From Dendrobates tinctorius (lineage: Eukaryota): a stretch of DNA of 64,000 nucleotides. The notes under the pieces are model-generated. The model was not told the origin of the DNA, did not search any database, and saw only the letters and a list, made by a program, of their open reading frames with translations. The position numbers and the translations under genes are program-made. Positions 25,781-38,700 of the stretch are shown here, piece by piece. The stretch spans positions 22,258,001-22,322,000 of the forward strand of contig NW_027361784.1 in the NCBI RefSeq assembly GCF_039654945.1. The letters are read 5' to 3'. How positions within the stretch are numbered: the stretch's first letter is position 1; every line of letters begins with the position of its first letter.

Positions 25781-26584
25781 AAATGTATGTCTATGCAAGG
25801 GATGTGGAGCCATAAAGATGACGACTATAAAGATAAGTTCAGAAATACAACATTGTAAAGCTGTTAAGATAAAAGGGAGCGCATTGCCTTTAAGGCTGGA
25901 GCAGCACCTTGTGCCTTTAGATGTCCAACGTTGGCATCCCAGACGGGCCGTAATCTAGACACAATGCTACGCTTGTGAATCATCGCGTTCTTCTCCTTTG
26001 TGACATAAACACTGACTTCTATCAGAGATGTTGTTATTTTAGAAGGAAAGCACCTGAAATGTTTTATTTTTACGATCGACTCATGGGTGAAGTAATCTAA
26101 ACATTTGGGGATTTTTTTTTCCGAAATCTTTATTCACAAGATAGAACACAATGGTTTTCCTGATTCTGGAAAAAAAAAAGTATAAAAGAAAAAAAGATAA
26201 GTAAATATGATAGAAATTTGAAGAATGTGATTCCGGTAAATACGTTATTTCAGGAGGTATTTTCTTGTATTGTGCTTCCATAATATCCTGAGAAGACGGA
26301 ATGATTCATCATAAATACCACAAAGCCGTCTTCTGGAAAGAAAGGGCAATGCTAATCTGCACAGGCACTCGATAATGGCCCTGGTCGAGTGGATATGACT
26401 GATGCTGTAATTACAGCTCTAATTCACATAATAAGTTGAGATGGTGTATATGATGTAAAGAAAACAAGAATGTAATCATCTGGAAATCTTCATATTATTC
26501 ACAGCATAACATAGAAGACAGATCAGAAGGTGAACCTTGGCCATTGTTCCATTTTCAATATAAAAAAAATAACTTGATAACAGC

Positions 26585-27860
26585 AACACATCTCAAAAAA
26601 GTTGTCCACCACTGTGCAGTATTCCCTCTTTTTTTTACAACTGGGAAGTGTGGAAACCAAATGCTGGCGCTTTGAGAGAGGCATGTTCTTTTCTTCTAGT
26701 CTGATGCTTCTCTACAGTCCGTGGTCTTTGCCAGGTTTCAAAATTTGACAAATGTATCCTATTGGTGAAAGGTCTGGCCTGGCATCCGGTTCATCACGGA
26801 ACTCTTCTTCTTGGAAGCCATGCTGTTGTGATGGGTGTAGTATGTGATTTACCACTGTCTTGCTGAAATACACAAGGCCATCCCTGATATAGACATTATC
26901 TGGTTGGAGCAGATGTTGTTCTAAAACCTCTATATAATGCTCAGTAGATGTCAGCTGCCCTTGGCATTAGTGCCTTGACACTAGTGCAGCCTCGTACCAT
27001 GGAGGAACTGTGAGCTGATAACAAGCTGGATGGTTCCTCTCCTCAATAACAAGCTAGATGGTCCTTGTTCTCTTGAGACTGTAGGACATGGCGTCAGTGG
27101 TTTCCATAAAGAATTTTGATTCATCGGACCACAAATAATTTTGCCTCCGTCCATTATAAATGAGCATTAGCCCAGAGAAGACGGCAACGTATTTCTAAAG
27201 TGTGTTGATATATGGCTACTTCTTTTCCGGATAGAATTTGTACATGTAGATTACACGGCAAACTATGTTGGCAATGATTTCTGGAAGTATTCTTAAACCC
27301 ATGCAGTGATTTGCACAACCTGTTTTTAATGCAGTGTCTCCTAAGGGCCCTTAGATTACAACCATCCAATATTGACCATCGGCCTTGTCTCTTGTGCACA
27401 TGGATTTCTTCAGAATCTCTGAATCTTTTGATGATATTATGTACTGTATATGTTGAGATATTCAAAGTCTTTGCAATTTTATGTTGAGGAACATTTTTCT
27501 GAAATAATTCCACATTTTTTGAATGCAGATTTGAGCAGATTGGTGGCCTCTAACCATCTTTGGTTTGGAGAGGCTTTACTTCTCTAACATGTACTTTTTT
27601 TTTACAGTCATGTGAGTTAGTTGAAAATTGACCCTTCATCTGTTTTTCATTAGTACCACTTTTATAGCCGTTTGTTAATGCCGTCCCAACTTTTTTGAGA
27701 TGTCTTGCTGACATCAATTTCTAAATGTGTAACGTTCATCTTCTGATCTGTGTTTTATGTTCTGTTGTGTATAATATACGGTATAAGAAATTTCCAAATC
27801 ATTGCATTTTTGTTTTCTTTACATTTTACACAGCATCCCAAGTTTTTTTTAAATTGGTGT
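26585..27860 (-). mobile_element. Decayed Tc1-like transposon
   Basis: ORF 27154-27513 (KIAKTLNISTYTVHNIIKRF...GR) is a Tc1 N-terminal HTH; inverted sub-terminal motif ACATCTCAAAAAAGTTG / CAACTTTTTTGAGATGT. Confidence 0.75.
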
Positions 27861-28254
27861 TTTATTTATGCAGTCAAGTACAGTCATGAGACATACGATG
27901 TAAGGACATCCCATATTTTAATTTTTACCATATGAGGATAATACAAGAGGTATGGGTGATTTTCTTTTTAAAGTTTTTGAACTTTCGTTTTTACCTCTCC
28001 TTCTTCCAAGAGCCACACATTTATTATGTTTTTGTTTTGTTTTTGTGTCAACATAGCGGATGAAGTCTTATTTTTTGTGGAATGAGTTGTAGTAAAGAAT
28101 GACACCATTCACTTACCCATTCAATGGAATGAAAAATGAGAAAACAATTCCAAGCGAGGTAAAATTAAATTAAATTGAAATTTGAATTTTCTGACTTTGT
28201 TGATTTTTTCCTCAAAAATTCAATTCATGGCAAAAAAAATTGTACAAGTCACAA

Positions 28255-30040
28255 TACCCCACTGACCATGGGAAAGAGAAATAACCCCACTGACCATAAA
28301 AGCTTACACCCTACAGGAGAGAGAGAGGACCCCACTGTCCATAAGAGCTTACACTCTACAGGAGAAAGAGAGGACCCTGCTGACCATAAGAACTTACACT
28401 CTACAGAAGAGAGAGAGGACCCTGCTGACCATAAGAACTTACACTCTACAGAAGAGAGAGAGGACCCTGCTGACCATAGGAGCTTACACTCTACGGAAGA
28501 GAGCGAGGATCCCGCTAAGCATAAGAGCTTACAATCTACAGGAGAGAGAGTACCCTGCTGACCATAAGAGCTTACACTTGTAGGTAACAGCAGGTACGCA
28601 GGATGCAGTGATGAGACGCGAGACTGAATTGAACTTTGGCTATAGAACTTTTATGAATTTAAGCCGCTAGGGCTATACTAAGCAACCAAAAATTAATAAC
28701 AGCTATTGTCCTCGCAGGGACTCTGCACAAGCAAACACTTTAAAAGTGAACACGACTAATCCAGCAAGGGCCGGTTACTATAGGGCTGCGATATGGCCGA
28801 GTACGGGTCCTTATTTCTTATAGGGTCACTTTTCCGTCCTGACGTCCCTCGGCGTCTCTGATGAGGCTGCGTTGGCGTCGCAGCCGCTGGGCCCAGCTGC
28901 TGAGGATCTGTCGTAGTCTTCGGGCGCCCAGCACCCAGGAGGAGATGGGCACAACAGGCCCTGAGGAAGTCTTTTGGTGAGGTGACCCCCTGTAGAAACA
29001 GCGGGGTTCTGATCGTAAGCGAGTTCAATGAGACTCCAGTCTCCAAGCAGGGTTGTGTCGCAGTTCCCAGGAGTGGTGGTTGGCAGGCCACGTGCACGGC
29101 CTGGGCCTAAGCGAAGGAGTAGGCCCCAACTGCCGACTGCAGCGGGGTGACGTCCACTCCGGCCGATGATGAAGAGGCCACAGCTGCGGGCTGATGTGGG
29201 GCGGCAGTGGGCAGGCCGCAGCCGCGGGCTGGAGTGGAGCGGCTGCGAGGGGCGGCGGACCAGCCCCGACAGGCTGAAGCACAGCGGTAACAGCTGCAGA
29301 CCACAGTGGGCAGGAAGAGACCCCGGATCGGAGTGAAGCGACAGACTCCTGTTGGTAGGTTCGGCGCCCACTCTCTACAGGCCGCAATAAGTCTCTCCTC
29401 TGCCGATGGTCTCCTTTCGCGTCACTGTCTATCACTCTGGCTCTCTCAGACTCCCACAGTCTCTTGCCTCGCGTCTGCCGTTCCGCCAACTGACTCCCCT
29501 GCACGCTCCCTGTCCCTTTTATACTCGCCCCTCCCCTTGCTGTCCTGTCACTCTCAGCAGTCCACTCTCCTCCTTTGCTCCCCGGTACTGTTTCTTTAGG
29601 AATCCAGATGGCGGTCCCCTTGGTTCCGGCCCGGACACTCTGCGGGGGGCCCTCCTCCTTACACACTCTACAGGAGAGAGAGGACTCAGCTGAACATAAG
29701 AGCTTACACTCTACAGGAGAGAGCGAGGACCTGCGCTGACCATAAGAAAACACATGAGAGAGAGGACACTACTGACCATAAGAGCTTGTACTCTACAGGA
29801 GAGAGAGAGAGAGAGAGAGAGGACCCCGCTGACCATAGAACTTACACTGTACAGTAGCGAAAGAGGATCCCGCTGATCATAAAAGCTTACACTCTACAGG
29901 AGAGAGAGAGGACCCCACTGACCGTAAGAGATTACAGTCTACAGGAGTGAGAGGACCCTGATGACCATAAGAGATTACACTCTACAGGAGAGAGAGAGGA
30001 CCCCGCTGACCATAAGAGCTTACACTCTACAGGACAGAGA
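28255..30040. repeat. 45-bp minisatellite resembling the L2 3' end, split by a solo LTR
   Basis: Unit GAGAGAGGACCCTGCTGACCATAAGAGCTTACACTCTACAGGA-like. Confidence 0.85.
28579..29663 (-). mobile_element. GC-rich solo LTR (1085 bp)
   Basis: TGTAGG...CCTTACA termini, perfect 4-bp TSD CACT; minus-strand TATAAAA at about 29517-29523. Confidence 0.85.
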
Positions 30041-30625
30041 GACTTACTAAGTGACATTGGAGATGGAAAATGACTCTACCACACAAACTATGCTCCACTG
30101 GCAAACGCTAATCTGTGATGGCCCTGGCACTGACCACAATTGTACAAGGTGTGATAATTCGCTAGTTGTCATAGCTGCAGGGCATTATGGGGAAGCCCCG
30201 AGGCTACAAAAAATTACATTAGCCCATTCTATGACCCTTAAGCAGTTTGGGAAATGGTTCTGGTCAAGTTTTCAATTTTTTGGGTGTAATCACAAATTCA
30301 ATCTCAAAATAACTAGCTAAGAATGTCTGCTGCTGTTAGAGGCAGATGCTGGTACCTGTCCTGTATGGAGCTATCTCCAATCAGTGCTGTTTAACTCTTT
30401 AGATGCTGCTTGCTGGATTTAGGCTGTTAGATGGGGGTGGTCACCCATCAATCCTCCCCCAAATCCCAATGGTGCTGTCATGGCAGCTTTAGACTTACTT
30501 TAGGGTCCCAACAAGCCACATTGAAATCATAAATTTGATATCATACTGCTATGCTAATACTGCAGGTTGAAGTTCCCTAAAAAGGATAAAAGATCAATGT
30601 AAACACAAGAAATAAATACTGTATA

Positions 30626-31940
30626 CAGTGGGGAAAAAGCATTTTGTCAGCCACCAATTGTGCAAGTTCTCCCACTTAAAAAGATGAGAGAGGCCTGTAA
30701 CTGACATCATAGGTAGACCACAACTATGAGAGGCAAAATGAAAAAACAAACCTGATTTGCCAAGATTTATTTTGCAAATTATGGTGGAAAATAAGTATTT
30801 GGTCACCTAAAAACATGCAAGATTTTTGGCTCTCACAGACCTGTAACTTCTTCTTTAAGAGACTCCTCTTTCCTCCACTCATTACCTGTAGTAATGGCAC
30901 CTGATTGAACTTGTAATCAGTATAAAAAACACCTGTCCACAACCTCAAACAGTCACACTCCAAACGCCACTATGGTAAAGACCAAAGAGCTGTCGAAGGA
31001 CACCAGAAACAAAATTGTAGCCCTGCACCAGGTTGGGAAGACTGAATCTGCAATAGGCAAGCAGCTTCATGTGATGAAATCAACTGTGGCAGCAATATTA
31101 AGAAAAAGGAAGACATGCAAGACCACTGATAATCTCCCTCAATCTGGGGCTTCACACAAGATCTCACCCCGTGGGGTCAAAAAGATCACAAGAACGTTGA
31201 GCAAAAATCCCAGAACCACACGGGAGGTCCTAGTGAATGACTTGCATATAGCTGGGACCACTGTAACAACAGCAACCATCAGTAACATACTACGCCACCA
31301 GGGACTCAGATCCTGCAGTGCCAGTCATGTCCCCCTGCTTAATCCAGTACATGTCCGGGCCCTTCTGAAGTTTGCTGGAGAGCATTTGGATTATCCAGAA
31401 GAGTAATGGGAGAATGTCATATGGTCTGATGAAACCAAAGTAGATCTGTTTGGTAGAAACAAAACTCGTTTTGTTTGGAGGAGACAGAAAGCTGAGTTGC
31501 ACCAAAGAACACCATACCTACTGTGAAGCATGGGGGTGGCAATATCATGCTTTGGGGCTGTTTCTCTGCAAAGGAACCAGGACAACTGATCCATGTACAT
31601 AAAAGAATGAATGGGACCATGTATCATGATATCTTGAGTGCAAATCTCCTTCCATCAGCAAAGGCATTGAAGATGAAACATGGATGGGTATTTCAGCATG
31701 ATAATGATCCCAAGCACACCACCAGGGCAATGAAGGAGTGGCTTTGTAACAAGCATATGAAGGTCCTGGAGTGGCCTAGCCAGTCTCCAGATCTCAACCC
31801 CATAAAAAACCTTTGGAGGGATTTGAAAGTCTGTGTTGCCCAATGACAGGCCCAAAACATCAGTGCTCTAGTGGAGATCTGCATGGAGCAATTGGACAAC
31901 ATACCACCAACAGTGTGTGCCAACCATTTGAAGACTTACA
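30626..31940 (+). mobile_element. 3'-truncated Tc1-like transposon with a disrupted transposase (from 30972)
   Basis: TA|CAGTGGGG terminus; MVKTKELS..., [26 protein letters not shown] motifs; stop at 31404-31406 plus a frameshift. Confidence 0.9.
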
Positions 31941-33396
31941 AAGAAAGAGGTTGAAGGGTTCTCCTAACTTGTAACTTGCTCTGCGTGACCCCCCGACTGT
32001 TATCCTTGACATGGCGTATGGATGTCACAGAGATGGGGCAATGTCTGCATCCTGTTCTAGTAAAATCAGTTAAAGGGCAAAGAGGGTGAGGGGGCCGTAT
32101 AATTATTTAAAGGGAAAATGCCTTTATTAACTGTATTATGTAACTTATTATTATGTCTTTTAATGTACCTTACTCTCACCATTTACAAGATCTCCGTTGT
32201 CATTGCAACGTGGAGGCAGGTGAAATATTTAGGTCATCTGCAGTTACTACTGATTTTAGGATTGCCTTTAATTTTCCAGATTAATATATATATATATATA
32301 TTATATATATATATATATTTTTTTTTTTTTGGAATTTAAAATGTGCAAGAAACAGGGCTGAGTTTGTCATTTGGTAAGAAATTTAAAGTATGGTTGAAAA
32401 TAGACATGTATGTCCATCAATTTCAAGCATAAATGGGAAGGAAAGGGTGCAAAATTATATCATCATTCTCTATATATTTTAAAATTGTTACTTTATTTTT
32501 ATACTTTTTTTTTATATCTTGGCTGGTGTAATCTTCAACTATTATATCTCCTACACTACTGTCCCAAAACTGATATCAGAAGGTTTACTGGAAATATTAC
32601 AAAGTAAGAGAAGCGAGGAGTTAATTGTCGGATACGTTGATTCTGGACATTCAAAAAACAAAATTCAATAAATTATAGGTTTTCCTCAGATGAAAGAATA
32701 AAAGAGGACACAGAACAGGAACGTTGGCTGACAATTCTGCGGGATGTGGGAAACAGAATCACATATTGTCCAGGAAGTGTGGGCTCGCTGGCACGTTCCG
32801 CCTCTCACTGTATGGGATGTTGGCACACTGCTTCCTGGAGGCTGAGGAGAGATAATGTGGTGTTTAAAGAAGAACAGGACATGATACAAGACTGGATGGA
32901 TCAATGTTCCTCACCCCTGGTCAAAATAGAATCCGCTCCCATTCTTAATAAATTCCCAAACATCAAGTTATTGACTGATATATTGATGACGTAATTGAAG
33001 AAGACGACTGAAAAACATTGGCTTCAATGTAAGTAGAAGAACGAGACATGGGTCTTCCGGGCTTTCATGGAAAATCTTCATTGTGCTTCTGCCCCCAAGC
33101 CATAGTCCTATTTAATGGTACTGATTCCAACCTATGTGGTGCAAGCACTGGCATAGCGGAAGTGGACAGCACCCAGGGCAAGGAAAGTATTTTGCACTTT
33201 GTACCGTTAGCTCTCCATTAATCACTTCCACCAGTTGCCTTATCTACCAAGCACATGATTGCATTTTCAGAAAATACTAATGTAATTATAATTTACCCTT
33301 TGACACTTTGTTTCCTTTTCTGCTTTTCCCTGATATCTAGCATAAGATATTAAAAATAAAAAGTTATACATTGTGTTACTTTTTATTCCCTAGCAG

Positions 33397-33515
33397 TAAC
33401 CCTAACCCTGATCATAGCCCTAAAATTATCCCTAACCCTAGCACTAACCCTAGCCCTAGTCATAACCCTAAAATTATCCCTAACCCTAGCACTAACCCTA
33501 GCCCTAGTCATAACT
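33397..33515. repeat. Short telomere-like (CCCTAA/CCCTAG) tract with a tandem duplication
   Basis: Direct reading. Confidence 0.7.
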
Positions 33516-34139
33516 CTGGCAAAAGTATGCAAATACTGAAAGGAAACGTGTGCAACTGAGAAGGCTGTTTACCCGTAGATATTGGGTTAATCGGCAGATA
33601 AATAGCATTATAATACTTCTTAACTGAAAGCATGGCTACTTTGTGAAAATGACAGATGTCATGACAGATTGACAGCTGTTTCCCTACTGTCTAACTGCAG
33701 GGAGCTGGCTCTCAATCAGTATGATGTCTTCAGACATTGGCAGTGACGCCCCAGACAGAGCAGCCAGGAAGAGGAAGAGCTGCTTTGTTGACGTCAGGCC
33801 AAATGAAAAAACAGAATGGCCAGAATGAGTGGTCCGCGAGCCAGCAGAGAGTGGCGCCTGGCAAAGCAGGCAGGTAATTATCAATTACCTGCCTGTAAGT
33901 TCTTAGTCCAGTAGGGAAAAATAAGCAAAGTCCCCAATAACCCGCCTTAAGTTACTCTTGAATGGGACACTATATTGTTTATAGAGGTGTATAGTGGTAT
34001 TATCAGTAATATTCATATTCACAAAGTGTATTTTGTTCCCTATAAATATAATGTAATCACTATGTAGCAGCAATGTTAGGGTTTATGTATTATTTTAGCG
34101 TAGCTGAGTGGTAATATTAATAATAATGTTATTTGTATA

Positions 34140-34745
34140 GTGCGATCATATTCCTTAGCAATCATTACACCGATACCTCTACCTTGTGCCAGTCATTACA
34201 CTGGCTACCCATCCACTCCAGAATCCAGTACAAACTTATCACCCTCACCCACAAAGCTCTCCATGGCTCAGCACCAACCTACATCTCCTCCCTGGTCTCA
34301 GTCTACCATCCCACCCGTGCCCTCCATTCTGCTAATGACCTGAGGTTAGCATCCTCATTAATCAGAACCTCTCTCTCCAGTCTTCAAGACTTTTCACATG
34401 CTGCGCCAATTCTTTGGAATGCACTACCCAGGTTAATAAGATTAGTCCCCTCTGTGTCTGCATTAGTACATATTTAGACTGTTAACTGGTTCATGCAGCA
34501 ACAGGAACACTCGATTCTTACACTATGGCTGGTCCAAACAATAAAAGCAATTGTTACCACCCACCTTTCGTGTCTCCCCTTTTTCCTTATAGACTGTAAG
34601 CTTGCGAGCAGGGCCCTCATTCCTCTTGGTATCTGTTTTGATCTATGTGATTATTGTTATGCTGTAATGTCTATTGTCTGTACAAATCCCCTCTATAATG
34701 TAAAGTGCTGCGGAATAGGTTGGCACTATAGAAATAAAATTATTA
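34140..34745 (+). mobile_element. 5'-truncated L2 LINE with 3' UTR
   Basis: LCQSLHWLPIHSRIQYK...APILWNALP; 3' UTR TAGACTGTAAGCTT...GCAGGG and AATAAA tail. Confidence 0.88.
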
Positions 34746-35788
34746 TGTAGTATGTAGTTATTATCTAGTCCTGGTATAATAACATCTGTGTTGTATGATA
34801 AAATAAAATTATATATACAGTATATAAATTAACTCCAGAAATGCTCTTTATCTCAGATGTAGAGGTAATCTACATTTCACTTTCAGTATCTGGACTATTT
34901 AGGGAGCAGGTACAGTGAGCGTAGCTGTAATCACTCCCCGGCACTTTGATTGACATCTTGCTTTGCACACACGCTGTACACACTCTGCAGAGCAGACTGT
35001 CAATCAAAGTGCGAGGGAGCGATAACAGCATCGCTAACTGTGCAGTAAGTGGTGACTGTAACTGCTCCCTGCACCACGCTGATACTGGAAGCGAGCAGCT
35101 GCAGGTACGATATAACTTCATTTTCACCTTGTAGCTGCTGCTCCAGTAAGTCACCTACACAAAATATAAATGCTATTTACCTGCACGTTATCACTCTTTA
35201 TACAGGCAAATAGTGTTTCAGGGGATGACAGGTACCCTCTAAGTGTTGAGAGGAGGTATAGGAAGACATCCCTTGGGCTTGGGCCCCCGATCTGTTAAGA
35301 CCCTAACCCTGTGTTAAAGGCTCATAATTCTATCTTGGCTATTTTCTCATCAAACTGGGCAGAAATTTTGCTGTTTTAAAGGAAATCTTTCACCACATTT
35401 GACCTATGTTAACTATTATTATGGACATGCGGGTTATAAAGTGGTGAAAACAGTCATCACTGTGTGTCTCATAGCAGATGCCTTGTTGATGAGAAATCAT
35501 CTTTTATCACTTTATCTCACCACATGAGCTCATGTAACTCATGTACCAGAACTACGTTTTCCAGCGCATGCGCATTTTTGTTTTGAAGCTTTGCCCTCAG
35601 TTGGCAAAGCGTATTGCGCAGGCGCCCAAGGTTATATTTCTCAGCAGGCGCAAGATGTCGCACGGGGCAAGAGGCATTATCGGACGAAGTAGGACGGCGA
35701 CCAACAGCAGATGGGCATGATGTAGAGACCCGAAACCATGCCTATCATACCGGACTGAGAAATTGCCACACAGTGGGGGACACATTAT

Positions 35789-38700
35789 TGTTATGATGAG
35801 TCACCGAAGGAGGAAAAAACAAAATACCAGCTAAGTCCAGAAAAACCAGAGAGGTTGGCAGCCATCGGATTGCAGACCCCTGAACCTATCCACAACAACT
35901 AGCAGTAGCCGTGGGGGGTTCCTACGGTGCCCTAGAACCCTCGATCACAGCCGGAGAACTACATAGCCTAAAGACAGAAAGGGGAAAAACTAAACTGCCC
36001 CACAGCAGACCCCAAAGCAATAGGCAGCCCCCAACATATAATGACGGTGAAGCAAGATGAAAACACTAACACAGATAGAAAGATAGGTTGAGCAAATGAT
36101 GGGGCCCAAGCTAACTACATAGGGCAGGATAGGAAAGCTGCTGTCTGTCATCCGCAAAAACCCTATCAAAATGAGCCAACCGACTGATAGGAAAAACAGG
36201 CCCTGAAGTCGCTAGGCTTCAAAATACTATATCAGCACTCAGGTATATTCTGAAGACAGAGCAAAAGAACAACAGATCAGAGACAAAAATGGAATTCAGC
36301 TCACCCCCGGCCGGGGATGGCAGAACTCCCAAAAAACAAGGCAAAACAAAAACAAAACTGAAGAGTACAAAGCAGAGCAGAAAAACTTAGCTTTGAGAAG
36401 CAGGAATCAGACTGGTCTCCAAGAATCCAGCAGGAAAATCACTAGCCAGGGAGAAGGGCGTCGGCAGCCTTATATCCAGTCCTCAATTCCAGCCACCCAG
36501 TCATCATCTAGCTGCCCAGGTGTTTGGTAATCAGTCTCACTACCTTCCTTCACTAGAGGAGGGAGTTCATCAGACCTCAATGGTGAAGGGAAAAATGAAC
36601 TCACAACAGTACCTCCCCCTTGAGGAGGGGTCACCGAACCCTCATCCATGCCACCAGGGCAATCCGGGTGAGCCCGATGAAAGGCACGTACCAATCTTTC
36701 GGCATGAATGTCAGAGGCAGAGACCCAGGAATTATCCTCCTGACCATAACCCTTCCACTTAACCAAATACTGGAGTCTCTGTCTAGCCAGACGGGAATCC
36801 AGTATCTTCTCTACCTCATATTCCATGTTACCTTCAACCAATATAGGGTCAGGAGGTGCCACCACAGGAACTACTGGTTCAACAAACCTCTTCAACAAGG
36901 ACTTATGAAACACATTATGAATTTTAAATGTGACAGGAAGAGCCAACCGAAAAGAGACCGGATTAATAATCTCCAAAATCTTGTAAGGTCCAATAAATCT
37001 AGGCTTAAACTTAGGAGAAGCCACCTTCATAGCGATATTTTTTGATGACAACCAAACCATATCACCCACCTTAAACTGGGGACCAACGATCCTACGCCGA
37101 TTGGAAAACCGCTGGGCCTTTTCCTGGGAGAGAGATAACTTATCCACCACTTGGTCCCAGATCTGGTGCATTCTCTCCAATAAAGTGTCAACACCTGGGC
37201 AGGCCGAAGGCTCCACCTGCCCTGAAGAAAATCGAGGAAGAAACCCAAAGTTACAAAAAAAAGGTGACATCAAAGTGGCAGAACTAGCTCTATTATTTAA
37301 AGCAAATTCGGCCAAGGGCAAAAATGAAACCCAATCATCCTGATCAGCGGAAATAAAACATCTCAAATACGACTCCAAGGTCTGGTTTGTTCTCTCCGTC
37401 TGCCCATTGGTCTGAGGGTGAAACGCAGAGGAGAAGGACAACTGAATTCCCAGCTTGGAACAGAAAGTCCTCCAAAATCTAGACACAAACTGAACTCCTC
37501 TGTCAGATACAATGTTCTCAGGAATCCCGTGCAAGCGAACCACCTGTTGCAAAAACAAGGGCACCAACTCAGAGGAAGATGGCAACTTAGGGAGTGGTAC
37601 AAGATGGACCATCTTAGAGAATCTATCACAAATCACCCAAATGACAGTCATTCTCTGAGAGACAGGCATATCAGAGATAAAATCCATTGAAATATGGGTC
37701 CATGGCCTCCTGGGCACCGGCAAAGGCATCAACAAGCCACTAGAGAGAGAACAAGGTTTAGACCGGGAGCAAGTCCCACAGGACTGCACAAAATTCCTGA
37801 CATCACGAGACAAGGCGGGCCACCAAAAAGACCGACTCACCAGATCTCTAGTACCAAAAATACCTGGATGACCAGCCAATGCAGAGCAATGAACTTCAGA
37901 CATCACTCTCTTCCTCCACTGGTCAGAAACATACAACTTTCCACTAGGACAACGCTCAGGTTTGTCCTCCTGAAACTCTTCCAGAGCACGTCTCAAATCG
38001 GGCGAGATGGCAGAAAGAACTACCCCTTCGCCTAAGATGGTAGCAGGCTTAGTCACAACAGGAGAATCAGCAAGGAAACTCCTAGAGAGGGCGTCTGCCT
38101 TGACATTCTTAGTGTCCGGAAGAAAAGAGACCACAAAATCAAAACGTGTGAAAAGCAAGGCCCACCTAGCCTGTCTAGGATTCAAGCGCTTGGCCGACTC
38201 CAGGTAAATCAAATTTTTGTGGTCAGTAAGGACCACGACTTGGTGTTTGGCTCCCTCCAACCAATGTCTCCACTCCTCAAATGCCCATTTCATGGCCAAC
38301 AGTTCCCGATTCCCCACATCATAGTTACGTTCGGATGGGGAGAACTTTCGGGAAAAGAAAGCACAAGGATTAATTTTAGATGTCACAGGATCTTTTTGGG
38401 ACAACACCGCTCCTGCACCAATCTCAGAAGCGTCAACCTCCACCTGAAACGGGAGTGAGACACCAGGTTGCCGCAAAACCGGAGCAGAAGTGAATCTTCG
38501 CTTCAGCTCCTGAAAGGAAGAAACAGCCTCCGGACACCAATTCAGCACATCAGCACCCTTCCTTGTCAAATCCGTCAATGGCTTGGCAATACCAGAAAAA
38601 TTAGCTATAAATTTACGATAAAAATTAGCAAAGCCCAAAAACTTCTGGAGGGCCTTCAAAGAAGTGGGCTGAACCCAATCATAAATGGCCTGTACCTTGG

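Noticed and set aside
28756-29753. GC-rich ORFs of 113-242 aa or a host CpG-island gene
   Set aside because: They lie essentially within a TSD-flanked solo LTR; no recognisable domains.
28175-30040. CRISPR-like array or 15-aa repeat protein
   Set aside because: Head-to-tail 45-bp units with no unique spacers, in vertebrate intronic DNA.
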